Source of the DNA: Muribaculaceae bacterium | GTDB lineage: Bacteria > Bacteroidota > Bacteroidia > Bacteroidales > Muribaculaceae | DNA: 64,000 nucleotides | NCBI GenBank assembly: GCA_022509045.1 | Contig: JAFLTZ010000002.1 | Coordinates: 2,017-66,016 of the forward strand | Reading direction: 5' to 3' | Made by a program: the position numbers and the translations under genes | The notes under the pieces: model-generated | The model's input: the letters and a program-made list of their open reading frames with translations, nothing else | What the model was told of the DNA's origin: nothing | Database searches by the model: none | Shown here: in pieces, positions 34,476 through 43,589 of the stretch | Position numbering within the stretch: the stretch's first letter is position 1 | How the letters are laid out: each line of letters opens with the position of its first letter

Positions 34476-34546
34476 AGAAAAATCGCTTAATTCTACTGTA
34501 ATGCCATGCAAATTCTTATTTCATTGCCATTTATAGCAGGAATCTA

Positions 34547-35413
34547 TTATGAGCGAGATGAAATAAGTAGTTTTCCGAATTCTTCTACGTTAAGTGCTGT
34601 AATTGGTGGCTGTGGGTCAGAATTCATAGCTGTTTCCAATGTGGTTTCTCCTGAGAGAACAAGTACTCCGAGCGCACCGGCATTGCGTGCTGTTGCTACG
34701 TCAGTATAGATTCTGTCGCCACACATTGCCACTTCGTCTTCAGCAAGCCCATATTTTGTCATTATACATCGCAACATATCCGGATTCGGTTTCCCGATCA
34801 CTATATCAGGGCGTCGTCCTGTAGCGTGATAGATACATTCACACATAGAGCCACAATCAATTAATATTACCTCCTGGTCGGTAGGGCATACACGGTCGGG
34901 GTTTGTTGCTATGTATCCTATGCCTTGTGAAGCCCACCATGCCGCTCGACAAAATCGCTTGTATTCAAGAGTTGTATCAAAAGCTACTACCAATAAATCC
35001 GGTTTATCAGAAGGGTCGTCGGCTGTCATTTCAAATCCAGCTGTCTTGAACTCTTCAATCATACTCGGTGTACCAAGTACATATAGCCTTTTAGCTTTCG
35101 GGTGATTTTGTTTAATATAATCTATTGTAGCTACGGCAGTTGTATATACCTCTTCGGCTGTGGCTTCAATTCCCATGTTGCGCAACTTTTCCACGTAGTC
35201 CTTAATACTTTTTGTGGGATTGTTCGTGAGAAAAGAATACTTTATACCGGCATTGGTAAGTGATTGCAAAAATCTTTTAGTGAAAGGGAATAATTTTGAA
35301 CCTAAATATATGGTACCGTCCATATCCAATGCTACATGCTTGATTTTTCGGCATGCGGTATTGAGTTCAGATTCGCTCATTGGCGAAATATATGTTTCTA
35401 TTGTAGTTTGCAT
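34547..35413 (-). CDS. HAD-superfamily subfamily IIA phosphatase (NagD/PGP-like)
   Basis: HAD motif I DMDGTIY, motif II FLTNNP and motif IV GDRIYTD. Its ATG overlaps the glpT stop by 1 nt (TAATG). Confidence 0.8.
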   Translation of the reverse strand: MQTTIETYISPMSESELNTACRKIKHVALDMDGTIYLGSKLFPFTKRFLQSLTNAGIKYSFLTNNPTKSIKDYVEKLRNMGIEATAEEVYTTAVATIDYIKQNHPKAKRLYVLGTPSMIEEFKTAGFEMTADDPSDKPDLLVVAFDTTLEYKRFCRAAWWASQGIGYIATNPDRVCPTDQEVILIDCGSMCECIYHATGRRPDIVIGKPNPDMLRCIMTKYGLAEDEVAMCGDRIYTDVATARNAGALGVLVLSGETTLETAMNSDPQPPITALNVEEFGKLLISSRS

Positions 35414-36924
35414 TATTTTTCGGTGGTTTCCAAATCGTTATTGTATTTGATTGATGCGGCACGTTCGTAACCGTCGCGCGGTGCCTTCCACATTGTAATG
35501 AGCACAATCATACCAATGACAGCTACCACTATGATTGTTTCAAATACGACAGTCCAGCCATACCAGTCGGCCACGTAGCCAACCAGCAATCCGCTTAATC
35601 CTGAGCCGATATAGCCAAGAATTCCGGCAAGACCATTAGCGCGAGCTGATGCCTCTTTTGTTGCTTGATTGCCCAATTCTATGCCAATAAGAGCTTGGGG
35701 TCCGTAAATGAAAAATCCGGCACCTACGAGGACCAATGCTGTCCATGTGAGACTTGTTTCAGCAGGAAGGAAACGGAATATGGTCATAAAAAGTGCCGCA
35801 CCAAGCATACACATTACACACATTCTGTGTCCTTTCCCCTTGAAGAAATGGTCGGTCGCCCAGCCGGCAAATAATGTCCCCACTACTCCGGCTATTTCAA
35901 AAGCAGCTACAGTCCAACCGGCACTTGATATCGAGAGGTCGCGACTTTCGGTAAGAAACTTTGGTCCCCAGTCGAGAATACCCATTCTCACTATATACAC
36001 AAACAAATTCGCTATGCAGAATGTCCAAACCCAACGGTTTTTCCACACCATCACTGCTTCAAATTTCTTTCTTGCGGTAGGGTCGGTAGCACCCTTATAT
36101 CCACCAAGACTGGTGTCAGGAAGGTCGGGAAGATTGGCTTCTTTAGGTTCATCGCGAAGTCCGGCAATAATAAATATAGCTCCTGCTACTGCAATACATG
36201 CCGGTAACCAGAAGCACCATTTCCACGCACCGATATGTTGTGCATAACTCAAGGCTTGCCTTGCTGCATCTGCAGATGATACGCCGTTGGCTGTAAGATT
36301 TTCTAAAATGTGAGTTACAACACCTTCATCATTGCTCATATTTGTTCCCATTGTTCCCATAATGTAGCCGCAAACTATTACTGCGAGTGCCGCACCTATA
36401 GAGTGGGAGCAGTTCCATACAGACATTTTAGTGGCAAGTTCAGACGGATGAATCCAGTGTGGCAAAATTCGTGCGCACGGAGGGTATCCCATTCCTTGAA
36501 AGTATTGATTTACGATAATGGTGATTCCCATTATCAAGATTAAAAATTCTACCATTTTAGGACCATTTTCCACACCGGTAATCCATGCACTCATATCTGT
36601 TCCAAATCCGAATGCAAAGTTTGCCAATGCACAAAGTAGTAAACCAAGCGCCATTACCACACGCCCTTTAATTCTATCCACAAGATAGCCATTTATAAAG
36701 CGTGAAAATCCATACACGAGTGAACCGGCAAATATTATCCATCCAAAGCTTTTATTAGATATGCCATATTCTGCCGTGAGCCCGGGCATTGCTATAGAAA
36801 AGTTTTTTCTAACGAAATAATATATGGCGTAGCCTATCATTGTTACTACAATGGTGCGCATTTGCCAGGATTTGAATCTTTTAATTACGGTGTTGTCCCA
36901 CCCTTTGTAAATATCTGATGCCAT
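35413..36924 (-). CDS. glpT: Glycerol-3-phosphate transporter (MFS, organophosphate:Pi antiporter family)
   Basis: The N-terminal region aligns by eye with E. coli GlpT (YYFVRKNFSIAMP...YGFSRFINGYLVDR). It has 12-TM MFS architecture and lies next to glpABC. Confidence 0.85.
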   Translation of the reverse strand: MASDIYKGWDNTVIKRFKSWQMRTIVVTMIGYAIYYFVRKNFSIAMPGLTAEYGISNKSFGWIIFAGSLVYGFSRFINGYLVDRIKGRVVMALGLLLCALANFAFGFGTDMSAWITGVENGPKMVEFLILIMGITIIVNQYFQGMGYPPCARILPHWIHPSELATKMSVWNCSHSIGAALAVIVCGYIMGTMGTNMSNDEGVVTHILENLTANGVSSADAARQALSYAQHIGAWKWCFWLPACIAVAGAIFIIAGLRDEPKEANLPDLPDTSLGGYKGATDPTARKKFEAVMVWKNRWVWTFCIANLFVYIVRMGILDWGPKFLTESRDLSISSAGWTVAAFEIAGVVGTLFAGWATDHFFKGKGHRMCVMCMLGAALFMTIFRFLPAETSLTWTALVLVGAGFFIYGPQALIGIELGNQATKEASARANGLAGILGYIGSGLSGLLVGYVADWYGWTVVFETIIVVAVIGMIVLITMWKAPRDGYERAASIKYNNDLETTEK

Positions 36925-36939
36925 AAAGTTTATATATGT

Positions 36940-38196
36940 TTATACGTTATTTGATTTCTTTGTCGCTTCTACATCAAGAGCCTCTGCTATGATGCTTATG
37001 GGATTATATACTTCTATCGGAGTCTTTACCGACATTTCTATTTGCCACTTACACGTTTCGCAATCGGTTGCCACTATTTCCGGTTTCAGCTCTTCTATCT
37101 GTTCAAAGAGTGCTGAACCTATTGCTTGAGAGTATTTGTAATTTTCTTTTTTAAAACCATAAGTTCCGGCTATACCACAACATTCCGATTTTAGTATGGT
37201 TAAATCTACTCCCGGTATTTTTCTTATTAGTTCAATAGAATAAATATTCCATCCTAATTTGGCCATGTGGCATGGCGTGTGATATGCGATACGCTTTTTG
37301 TAGTCGGGTTTAAATACAAGTGTTATTTCTCCCTTTTCAATAAGGTTCCATAGGTATCGTGTGGCAAGATTTATTTGGCTACGGACATCGTTGTTGTCAA
37401 GGTGAAGTATATGGTGATATTCATCGCGCATTGTGAATATACATGTGCTACTGGTTCCTACCACCTGTGTGCCTTGTTCGATTACAGCTTTGCGTATAGC
37501 TCCAAGATTGATTTGTGCATCACGCATTGCCTGACGTGTAAGACGATTTGCTATCTTGGCAACACCACAACAACGTTCATTTTCCATTAATTGCACACCA
37601 ATTCCCACAGCATTCATCACTTTTACAAAATCTTTCCCAAGTTTAGGATGATTATAATTTACATAGCAACCATGAAAATAGGTAACTTGACGCGAAAAAT
37701 CTTTTTGATAGGGAAGGGCATCATGTTTAAACCACTTAACAAAAGTCCGTTTAGCGTATTTTGGGAATGTGCGGTGTTTATCTACACCAATTGTTAAGTC
37801 CATCACTGTTTTGACAAGAGGTTGTTTTAACATGAAATTCACCAATGGCGACATCTTTGTTGCCATTTTGCCTGCAAGGTCTGTGTCTGATAGTATATTG
37901 TCGCGCAGTGGAGTTGGCTGCTTACTATACTTTATGCGAGCTGATTGTATGATATCGCCAATGCGCACGTTAGATGGGCACGCCACTTCACAACGTTTGC
38001 AATTCAGACAATATTTCAATGCTTCATCGTAGAAATCGCCTTTTTTCAAACGGTAGCGTTCACCATCAGGTCCGGCTTGTTTGGGCCCGGGATAATTGGG
38101 GTTTACCGGTACAACCGGGCAATATACAGTGCATATTGTGCACTTCAGACATTGTTCAAAATTGTTTGGACTTACGTTATGTTGTTGATATTTCAT
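36940..38196 (-). CDS. glpC: Anaerobic glycerol-3-phosphate dehydrogenase subunit C
   Basis: Two 4Fe-4S Cys clusters (CLKCTICTVYCP and CLNCKRCEVACP) plus C-terminal CCG-type Cys motifs. It follows glpB. Confidence 0.88.
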   Translation of the reverse strand: MKYQQHNVSPNNFEQCLKCTICTVYCPVVPVNPNYPGPKQAGPDGERYRLKKGDFYDEALKYCLNCKRCEVACPSNVRIGDIIQSARIKYSKQPTPLRDNILSDTDLAGKMATKMSPLVNFMLKQPLVKTVMDLTIGVDKHRTFPKYAKRTFVKWFKHDALPYQKDFSRQVTYFHGCYVNYNHPKLGKDFVKVMNAVGIGVQLMENERCCGVAKIANRLTRQAMRDAQINLGAIRKAVIEQGTQVVGTSSTCIFTMRDEYHHILHLDNNDVRSQINLATRYLWNLIEKGEITLVFKPDYKKRIAYHTPCHMAKLGWNIYSIELIRKIPGVDLTILKSECCGIAGTYGFKKENYKYSQAIGSALFEQIEELKPEIVATDCETCKWQIEMSVKTPIEVYNPISIIAEALDVEATKKSNNV

Positions 38197-38206
38197 TACT
38201 TTTTAT

Positions 38207-39430
38207 TTAGCTTATTTTTTCTGCCACATGCATGGCTGTAAGTATTGCTACGCCGGCGCCACACCCTTCTGCAAGAGGATTGCATCCACCTATTACCGAT
38301 CCCACAGCATACATGTTTTCAACCGCCTTATCCTCATATATCGGGTGAAAATCTCCGTCTATAGTGAGTCCGAAATTCATATATGGTTGAGGTGCATACG
38401 AATCGTCGTTATACCACTCAGATCTGTGTTCGAGATAATTTATTTTCAAATCAAAAACAGGCTCATAGACTTTGTCAAAATTTGATTTTAATCCTTTGCT
38501 GAAAAATGAGCCGGTTGCAAGAATAAAATTATCGGCACTAAGCACATTGTCGCCAAGATTTGATGTAGAGATAGATCTCAGTTTACCGTTTTCAATTATT
38601 CCATCGGTAACGGTATCGCCAAGAATAAATTTTCCACCAAGTTTTTCAAAATGAGTAACTAATTGTAATTGGGTGCGTATTCCCGGCACAGATGATGTCA
38701 TTGTAGGGATAAAATATACCGGGCATTTTAAACGCGAACGTAGTGTATCGAGTGGTTTCTCGTTTGCCAGTCCGATTACAGCCGGCATCAATACAAAATC
38801 AGTTGTTGGCGAGATGATTCGATTTAATTCTGTTGCAAAATGCTCTAATGATTTACCTTCGAGTGCACGAGCTATGTTGGAGGCACGCATTTCGGTGCTG
38901 TTTTTGCGCAATCTTTCAAGTTCGGATATTGTTATTGTCTGTGCTTTTGCCTCTACTTCTAATTTTCGTAAAGCCAAAGCTATATATTCAGGATAGAAAT
39001 CGAAATATCCCTTTATATTGATTATCTCGGCTTTCTGTCCTTTCAGGTCGGTCATGGTTTCAAATGTCAAGAAATCATTCAGAGTCAGCCAACCTGTTTT
39101 TATTTTGCCTAATGGCGTAATATTTAGATGATTACTTTCAGCACTACCCGTTACAGCTACTCCCGCTTCCGATAATAGTTCCGGTACTTTATTAGCAAGT
39201 TCAGACACACGCGATGCCCCTATCTTTGAATATGGATGACTTGCCGGCAAAGAATCTATTGCTTTTAGCGGGTTGTTTTCTTTAGACAATAGTTCAAACG
39301 AGCCTGATGAGAAATGGAGTGCGCTCTGTCCTGTGGAGATTATTGCCACTCTTTTTCCTTTTTTTGCTGAAATAATTCCTGAAATCAGCCCGCTGAGTCC
39401 ACCACCTATAATTATTGTATCGAATTTCAT
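38207..39430 (-). CDS. glpB: Anaerobic glycerol-3-phosphate dehydrogenase subunit B
   Basis: FAD motif FDTIIIGGGLSGL. It is 407 aa and lies between glpA and glpC. Confidence 0.85.
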   Translation of the reverse strand: MKFDTIIIGGGLSGLISGIISAKKGKRVAIISTGQSALHFSSGSFELLSKENNPLKAIDSLPASHPYSKIGASRVSELANKVPELLSEAGVAVTGSAESNHLNITPLGKIKTGWLTLNDFLTFETMTDLKGQKAEIINIKGYFDFYPEYIALALRKLEVEAKAQTITISELERLRKNSTEMRASNIARALEGKSLEHFATELNRIISPTTDFVLMPAVIGLANEKPLDTLRSRLKCPVYFIPTMTSSVPGIRTQLQLVTHFEKLGGKFILGDTVTDGIIENGKLRSISTSNLGDNVLSADNFILATGSFFSKGLKSNFDKVYEPVFDLKINYLEHRSEWYNDDSYAPQPYMNFGLTIDGDFHPIYEDKAVENMYAVGSVIGGCNPLAEGCGAGVAILTAMHVAEKIS

Positions 39431-39447
39431 TGATTATTCCTTTTCTC

Positions 39448-41121
39448 TTATTGTTTTAAATCTATCCCTCCAACACCTTGATAAAGCCATGCCATAAATT
39501 GCATTTCTTCAAGGGTTTCACCCCATGCTACGGGACTCATCCCCTTCCAACGTTCGCCTATGAATACTTTTAAATCTTTCAGTGACTCCTGCGGACATCC
39601 CCCGGCACGTCCTAATATACCGGCTGCACGACATGCGCATATACCTCCTTGACATGTTCCCATTCCCATGCGTGTTCGACGTCGAAGGTTAATAAGATTA
39701 TGTACATGCAATTCTTCTATAGCGTAATTTACCTCACCAACACTCACTTGTTCACATTCACACACAAGAGCTTCGTCTCCATAATTTTTGTTGACAATAC
39801 GTTTACTTAATGTGCCATGACGTTCAGCCGCAGCTTTTTGCTCGGTTGATAATTCTATTACATGCGATTTTTTTCCGTATCTTCCGTATGAAAAATCCTT
39901 AATATATTGTTTTGCCCGTTGCCTCCGTTTTCGTTTTACCTCTTTTACTTCTTCTGAGCCGGGGAGTGGAGTGGTAGCTGTTTCACATTTAGCGTCGATT
40001 CCCAATTTCTTGCACGCCATATCTGTTGCCCATTCAGCCATTAAACGATATGTCATCAGCTTTCCACCGGTTATTGTAATAAATCCATCAAGACCATCAC
40101 GTTCACTATGGTCAAGGCACACGATACCTCTGCTAATGGAACGCCCGCTCGGATCGTCATCGCTTGCCACGAGAGGTCGTACTCCGGCATAGGCTCTAAG
40201 TATTCTTGTCCTTGCCAATTCCGGTGCAAGTAGTTGTCCTTCACGCATCAATATATCTACTTCATCGGCTGTGACTTCCATTCGGTCTATTTGGTCATAC
40301 GGTACACGGTCGGATGTTGTTCCTATCAAGCATATTGTGTCTCCCGGAACCAATATATCTGCATTTGCCGGCTTTCGACAACGATTGATTACCATATTGT
40401 TTACCCTATGGCCAAAAATAAGCAACGAACCCTTAGCCGGAAACATATTTATCTTCACACCTGCGAGTTGTGCAATACCAGCCCCCCATATACCGCCTGC
40501 ATTGATTACTATTTTGGATTGCGCAACACCTTCTGTGCCGTTAAGTGAACTACGGTATCTTACACCAGTTATTTGTGTTCCTTTTTTTAGGAATCCTATT
40601 ACTTCATTGTATGTTATTATTTCCGCGCCATGCATCTTTGCATCAATAACATTGGCCGTTGTGAGTCGGAAAGGATCTACGGCACCATCGGGAACCTTGA
40701 CAGCTCCAATTAGTGCAGGATTAACCGAAGGCTCGAGTATAAGGGCCTCTCGAGGCGATATTGTTTCGGTAGGAATCCCGGCAAGTGTGCATGAATCTAC
40801 AAATTTTTGTTGATAATTTAAGTCATCTTCCGGCAGTGTAATAAACAATCCCCCGGTATCCTCCACACAGTGCCTTGCTATCTTTCGCAATATTCGGTTT
40901 TCGATGATGCATTCGGTTGCCGATTCTTGGTCGGTTACGGCATATCGAGCACCGCTATGCAGAAGACCGTGATTTCTGCCGGTTGCCCCAGCAGTGAAGT
41001 CATATCGCTCAATAAGCAAAGTGCTGAGTCCTCGCATAGCACAGTCACGAGCCGTGCCAGCTCCGGTTGCCCCGCCACCAATTATTATGACATCATATAC
41101 TTTTGTATTATTATATCGCAT
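39448..41121 (-). CDS. glpA: Anaerobic glycerol-3-phosphate dehydrogenase subunit A
   Basis: FAD motif YDVIIIGGGATGAGTARD and a C-terminal BFD-like Cys cluster (CECEQVS...GTCQGGICACR). Confidence 0.92.
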   Translation of the reverse strand: MRYNNTKVYDVIIIGGGATGAGTARDCAMRGLSTLLIERYDFTAGATGRNHGLLHSGARYAVTDQESATECIIENRILRKIARHCVEDTGGLFITLPEDDLNYQQKFVDSCTLAGIPTETISPREALILEPSVNPALIGAVKVPDGAVDPFRLTTANVIDAKMHGAEIITYNEVIGFLKKGTQITGVRYRSSLNGTEGVAQSKIVINAGGIWGAGIAQLAGVKINMFPAKGSLLIFGHRVNNMVINRCRKPANADILVPGDTICLIGTTSDRVPYDQIDRMEVTADEVDILMREGQLLAPELARTRILRAYAGVRPLVASDDDPSGRSISRGIVCLDHSERDGLDGFITITGGKLMTYRLMAEWATDMACKKLGIDAKCETATTPLPGSEEVKEVKRKRRQRAKQYIKDFSYGRYGKKSHVIELSTEQKAAAERHGTLSKRIVNKNYGDEALVCECEQVSVGEVNYAIEELHVHNLINLRRRTRMGMGTCQGGICACRAAGILGRAGGCPQESLKDLKVFIGERWKGMSPVAWGETLEEMQFMAWLYQGVGGIDLKQ

Positions 41122-41126
41122 TGTTT

Positions 41127-42704
41127 TTATTCTTTTGTTGTCGATATCAATTTAGATGAATTGGTAGTAAGTTCTACCACACTATATATTTCTAACTTAT
41201 TTTCGTCACTTGGATTTATTACTCGGAGCGATATTTCGTGAGCGTTGCCATCAAGATCATAATTCCAATAAACATTGTATTTTCTGCTTTGATAACTTAC
41301 GGGCATTTTGGTTCTCTGTTGTAATTCACCATCTATTTTTATTTCCACATCTGCAACGTATCCGGTTTCTCTATCACCGGAAATATCTCCATTAATTATT
41401 ACAGCTTCGCCATCAATAATCATCTTAAATTCATCTTTTCCTATTACGGCGTAATGCGATGTGCGGCGCAGAGGGTAGAATCCCTCAAAACTTTGCTCAA
41501 ATTGTACTGCTTTAGGTCTCTGGCATTTTATGGTTATCAGGTCTTCACTGACTGTTCCACCATTGCGTTTAATTACTTCAAGAGCTTGATTATACCCCAT
41601 TTCGTATGTGTCGTTCAGGGAACTTGATGTATATGCAAATTTTATATTCTCACTCTCTTTTACGGCATCGAGCCATTTGTCGGGTATATTGTCATATCCA
41701 AGCATTGTCCCGAGTATTCCACCTGCCGATGCTGGATTACAGTCCGAATCCTGACCGCAACGAGTAGCTATTTCAATTGTTCTGCCGAAATCACCATTAC
41801 CATATAGCAGACCTATTACTACGTATGCACTATTGATGACTGCATCGATATTATAAGGTTCAAACACACCGGTTGGACATGCATTTTCGTCATCCCAATC
41901 ATCGGCTATAAGTTGCCATGCTGTTTTCCAATCATCCGGATTCGCCTCGTATGTATCTATGACTTCTGATATGCATTTGTAAAATCGACTATTTTGCGGA
42001 ATACATTTAAGAGCTTCCTTTACCACTGTTTCAACATTATTGGTAACAAAAGCGAGCGAATACATTGCAGCCATATAAACTCCGCCATACCACCCATCAC
42101 CATAGTTCATGATATGTCCCACTTTGTCGCATATCGCAGAGGCGGCATTTGGCATTCCCGGACTCATTAATCCGGCGAAATCCGATTCTATCTGAAAGTC
42201 AATATCATCGGCGTGAGGATTGTTTTTCCAATGCCCAGATGCCGGCGGCATTATCCCGTTCAGTATATTGTAACGAGCGGTCTGGTTTGCTTCCCATAGC
42301 ATGTATCCGGCGTATGCAAATGCATTTGCCAATGAATCTACGGGTGCATCTATTCCAAGACGTTCGAAGACTTCAACAAAAGTCAAATCCATGTAGATGT
42401 CATCATATAATCCGGGAAATTTTTGCATCCAGTTTTTTATGTGATTTTCTCCATCCCAACTTATTTCTACGGAGTCGGGGATAATTTGTTCCCTGAATTT
42501 AAATTCTGTTGGAGCTCCATAGCTTACGCCTATAGTCTGTCCAGCCCAACCTCCTTTTATCTTATTTTTAAGTTCTTCATGAGTTAGCTTTACTTTTTTG
42601 GGGAGTCCCGAATCATAGTGATTTGAACATGACATAAATAGTACACCCACAAGAAACGCCGCTAATGTCCATGCGGCAACGCGAATTCTGTTACAGTTAA
42701 ACAT
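41127..42704 (-). CDS. Exported ADP-ribosylglycohydrolase-fold (ARH/DraG family) lipoprotein with an extra C-terminal domain of about 150 aa
   Basis: Signal peptide plus lipobox (VGVLFMSC). ARH-family Asp-rich motif CGQDSDCNPASAGGILG. I chose ATG 42704 because the track start at 42746 is TTG and lies inside the -7 box. Its stop is 5 nt before the glpA ATG. Confidence 0.75.
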   Translation of the reverse strand: MFNCNRIRVAAWTLAAFLVGVLFMSCSNHYDSGLPKKVKLTHEELKNKIKGGWAGQTIGVSYGAPTEFKFREQIIPDSVEISWDGENHIKNWMQKFPGLYDDIYMDLTFVEVFERLGIDAPVDSLANAFAYAGYMLWEANQTARYNILNGIMPPASGHWKNNPHADDIDFQIESDFAGLMSPGMPNAASAICDKVGHIMNYGDGWYGGVYMAAMYSLAFVTNNVETVVKEALKCIPQNSRFYKCISEVIDTYEANPDDWKTAWQLIADDWDDENACPTGVFEPYNIDAVINSAYVVIGLLYGNGDFGRTIEIATRCGQDSDCNPASAGGILGTMLGYDNIPDKWLDAVKESENIKFAYTSSSLNDTYEMGYNQALEVIKRNGGTVSEDLITIKCQRPKAVQFEQSFEGFYPLRRTSHYAVIGKDEFKMIIDGEAVIINGDISGDRETGYVADVEIKIDGELQQRTKMPVSYQSRKYNVYWNYDLDGNAHEISLRVINPSDENKLEIYSVVELTTNSSKLISTTKE

Positions 42705-42743
42705 AAAAATAATGACCGGATTGTTAAACTTTATAATATTAGG

Positions 42744-42751
42744 CAAATATA
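42744..42751 (-). promoter_or_regulatory. -7 promoter box (TATATTTG) for the ARH-glpABC-glpT-HAD operon
   Basis: The plus strand reads CAAATATA. It lies 40 nt upstream of ATG 42704 and 30 nt downstream of the PAP2 gene stop. Confidence 0.55.
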
Positions 42752-42780
42752 CAAAAAACTTTCGATATTGTTTCTATTAT

Positions 42781-43566
42781 TTACATCGTTATTACCATGT
42801 TTAACCCAAAATTATGATATTGATGGTCATAATAGGGGAGTAGCGCTGTTTGTGTTTTTCTTCCTCCGGTTTCCCACTTAAACCATTTTTGATATAACGG
42901 GAGCATCCAGTAACCAATCCTTGCCGACAAGATTCCAACGCCAGCACCGGCTATCACATCGTTAAGCCAATGATTACCGTTGTATAATCGTAAAAAAGCA
43001 ACACCGGTTGCCACAGTATATGCTGCTATGCCAAATCCGATACCATATTCTTCGCGCATTAATTCGGCGCCAGTAAACACTGTTGCAGTATGCCCTGATG
43101 GGAATGAGTTTCGAGCATCCGAATTAGGGCGTTTCTCGCGGAATGAGTATTTGCCAATCTCTGTTAGAGCTGTCATTGCCATATAAGCTGTAACTTCTAC
43201 TGCTACACGTTCTTTAAACGAATGTTTACTCTTAACACCGGTAGAACCAAGTACCAAATATGCGGCAGCCGGTAAAAATCGGACATAATCATCGGCACGG
43301 AAGTAATGTTCCCCACGCAAATTATCCATTTTGTCCTTCACATATCTGTCCAATTGGCGAAAAGAACCATTATATATACCGAATGCTCCTACAGTGATTA
43401 AAGATGCCGGTAATATGAGTTGTGTCGGATTAAATTTATATTCAGAAGTAGAGTCGGTCCATGCTGAAAACTCATTATTTACGACCGTTTTTTGGCAATG
43501 TGCACTAAATACCAATGACAGCATAAACAATGCAATAACAAATCTCACAGCAAATTTCTCGACCAT
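42781..43566 (-). CDS. PAP2-family membrane (lipid) phosphatase
   Basis: All three PAP2 motifs are present: KYSFREKRP, FPSGHTA and RLYNGNHWLNDV. It has an N-terminal signal/TM segment. Confidence 0.85.
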   Translation of the reverse strand: MVEKFAVRFVIALFMLSLVFSAHCQKTVVNNEFSAWTDSTSEYKFNPTQLILPASLITVGAFGIYNGSFRQLDRYVKDKMDNLRGEHYFRADDYVRFLPAAAYLVLGSTGVKSKHSFKERVAVEVTAYMAMTALTEIGKYSFREKRPNSDARNSFPSGHTATVFTGAELMREEYGIGFGIAAYTVATGVAFLRLYNGNHWLNDVIAGAGVGILSARIGYWMLPLYQKWFKWETGGRKTQTALLPYYDHQYHNFGLNMVITM

Positions 43567-43589
43567 ATTTCCCCAATATTTAAAATATA

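Noticed and set aside
35708-36247. Long antisense ORFs inside glpT (35708-36247), glpA (40271-40813) and leuS (17476-18015), each about 180 aa
   Set aside because: All are fully nested in strongly supported genes. They lack start-site context and motifs. I treat them as frame-shadow ORFs.
41127-42704. The ADP-ribosylglycohydrolase as an antitoxin or defence component (DarG-like, or reversal of ADP-ribosylation)
   Set aside because: The protein has a lipoprotein export signal. No ADP-ribosyltransferase or toxin gene is nearby. It is embedded in a metabolic glp operon.
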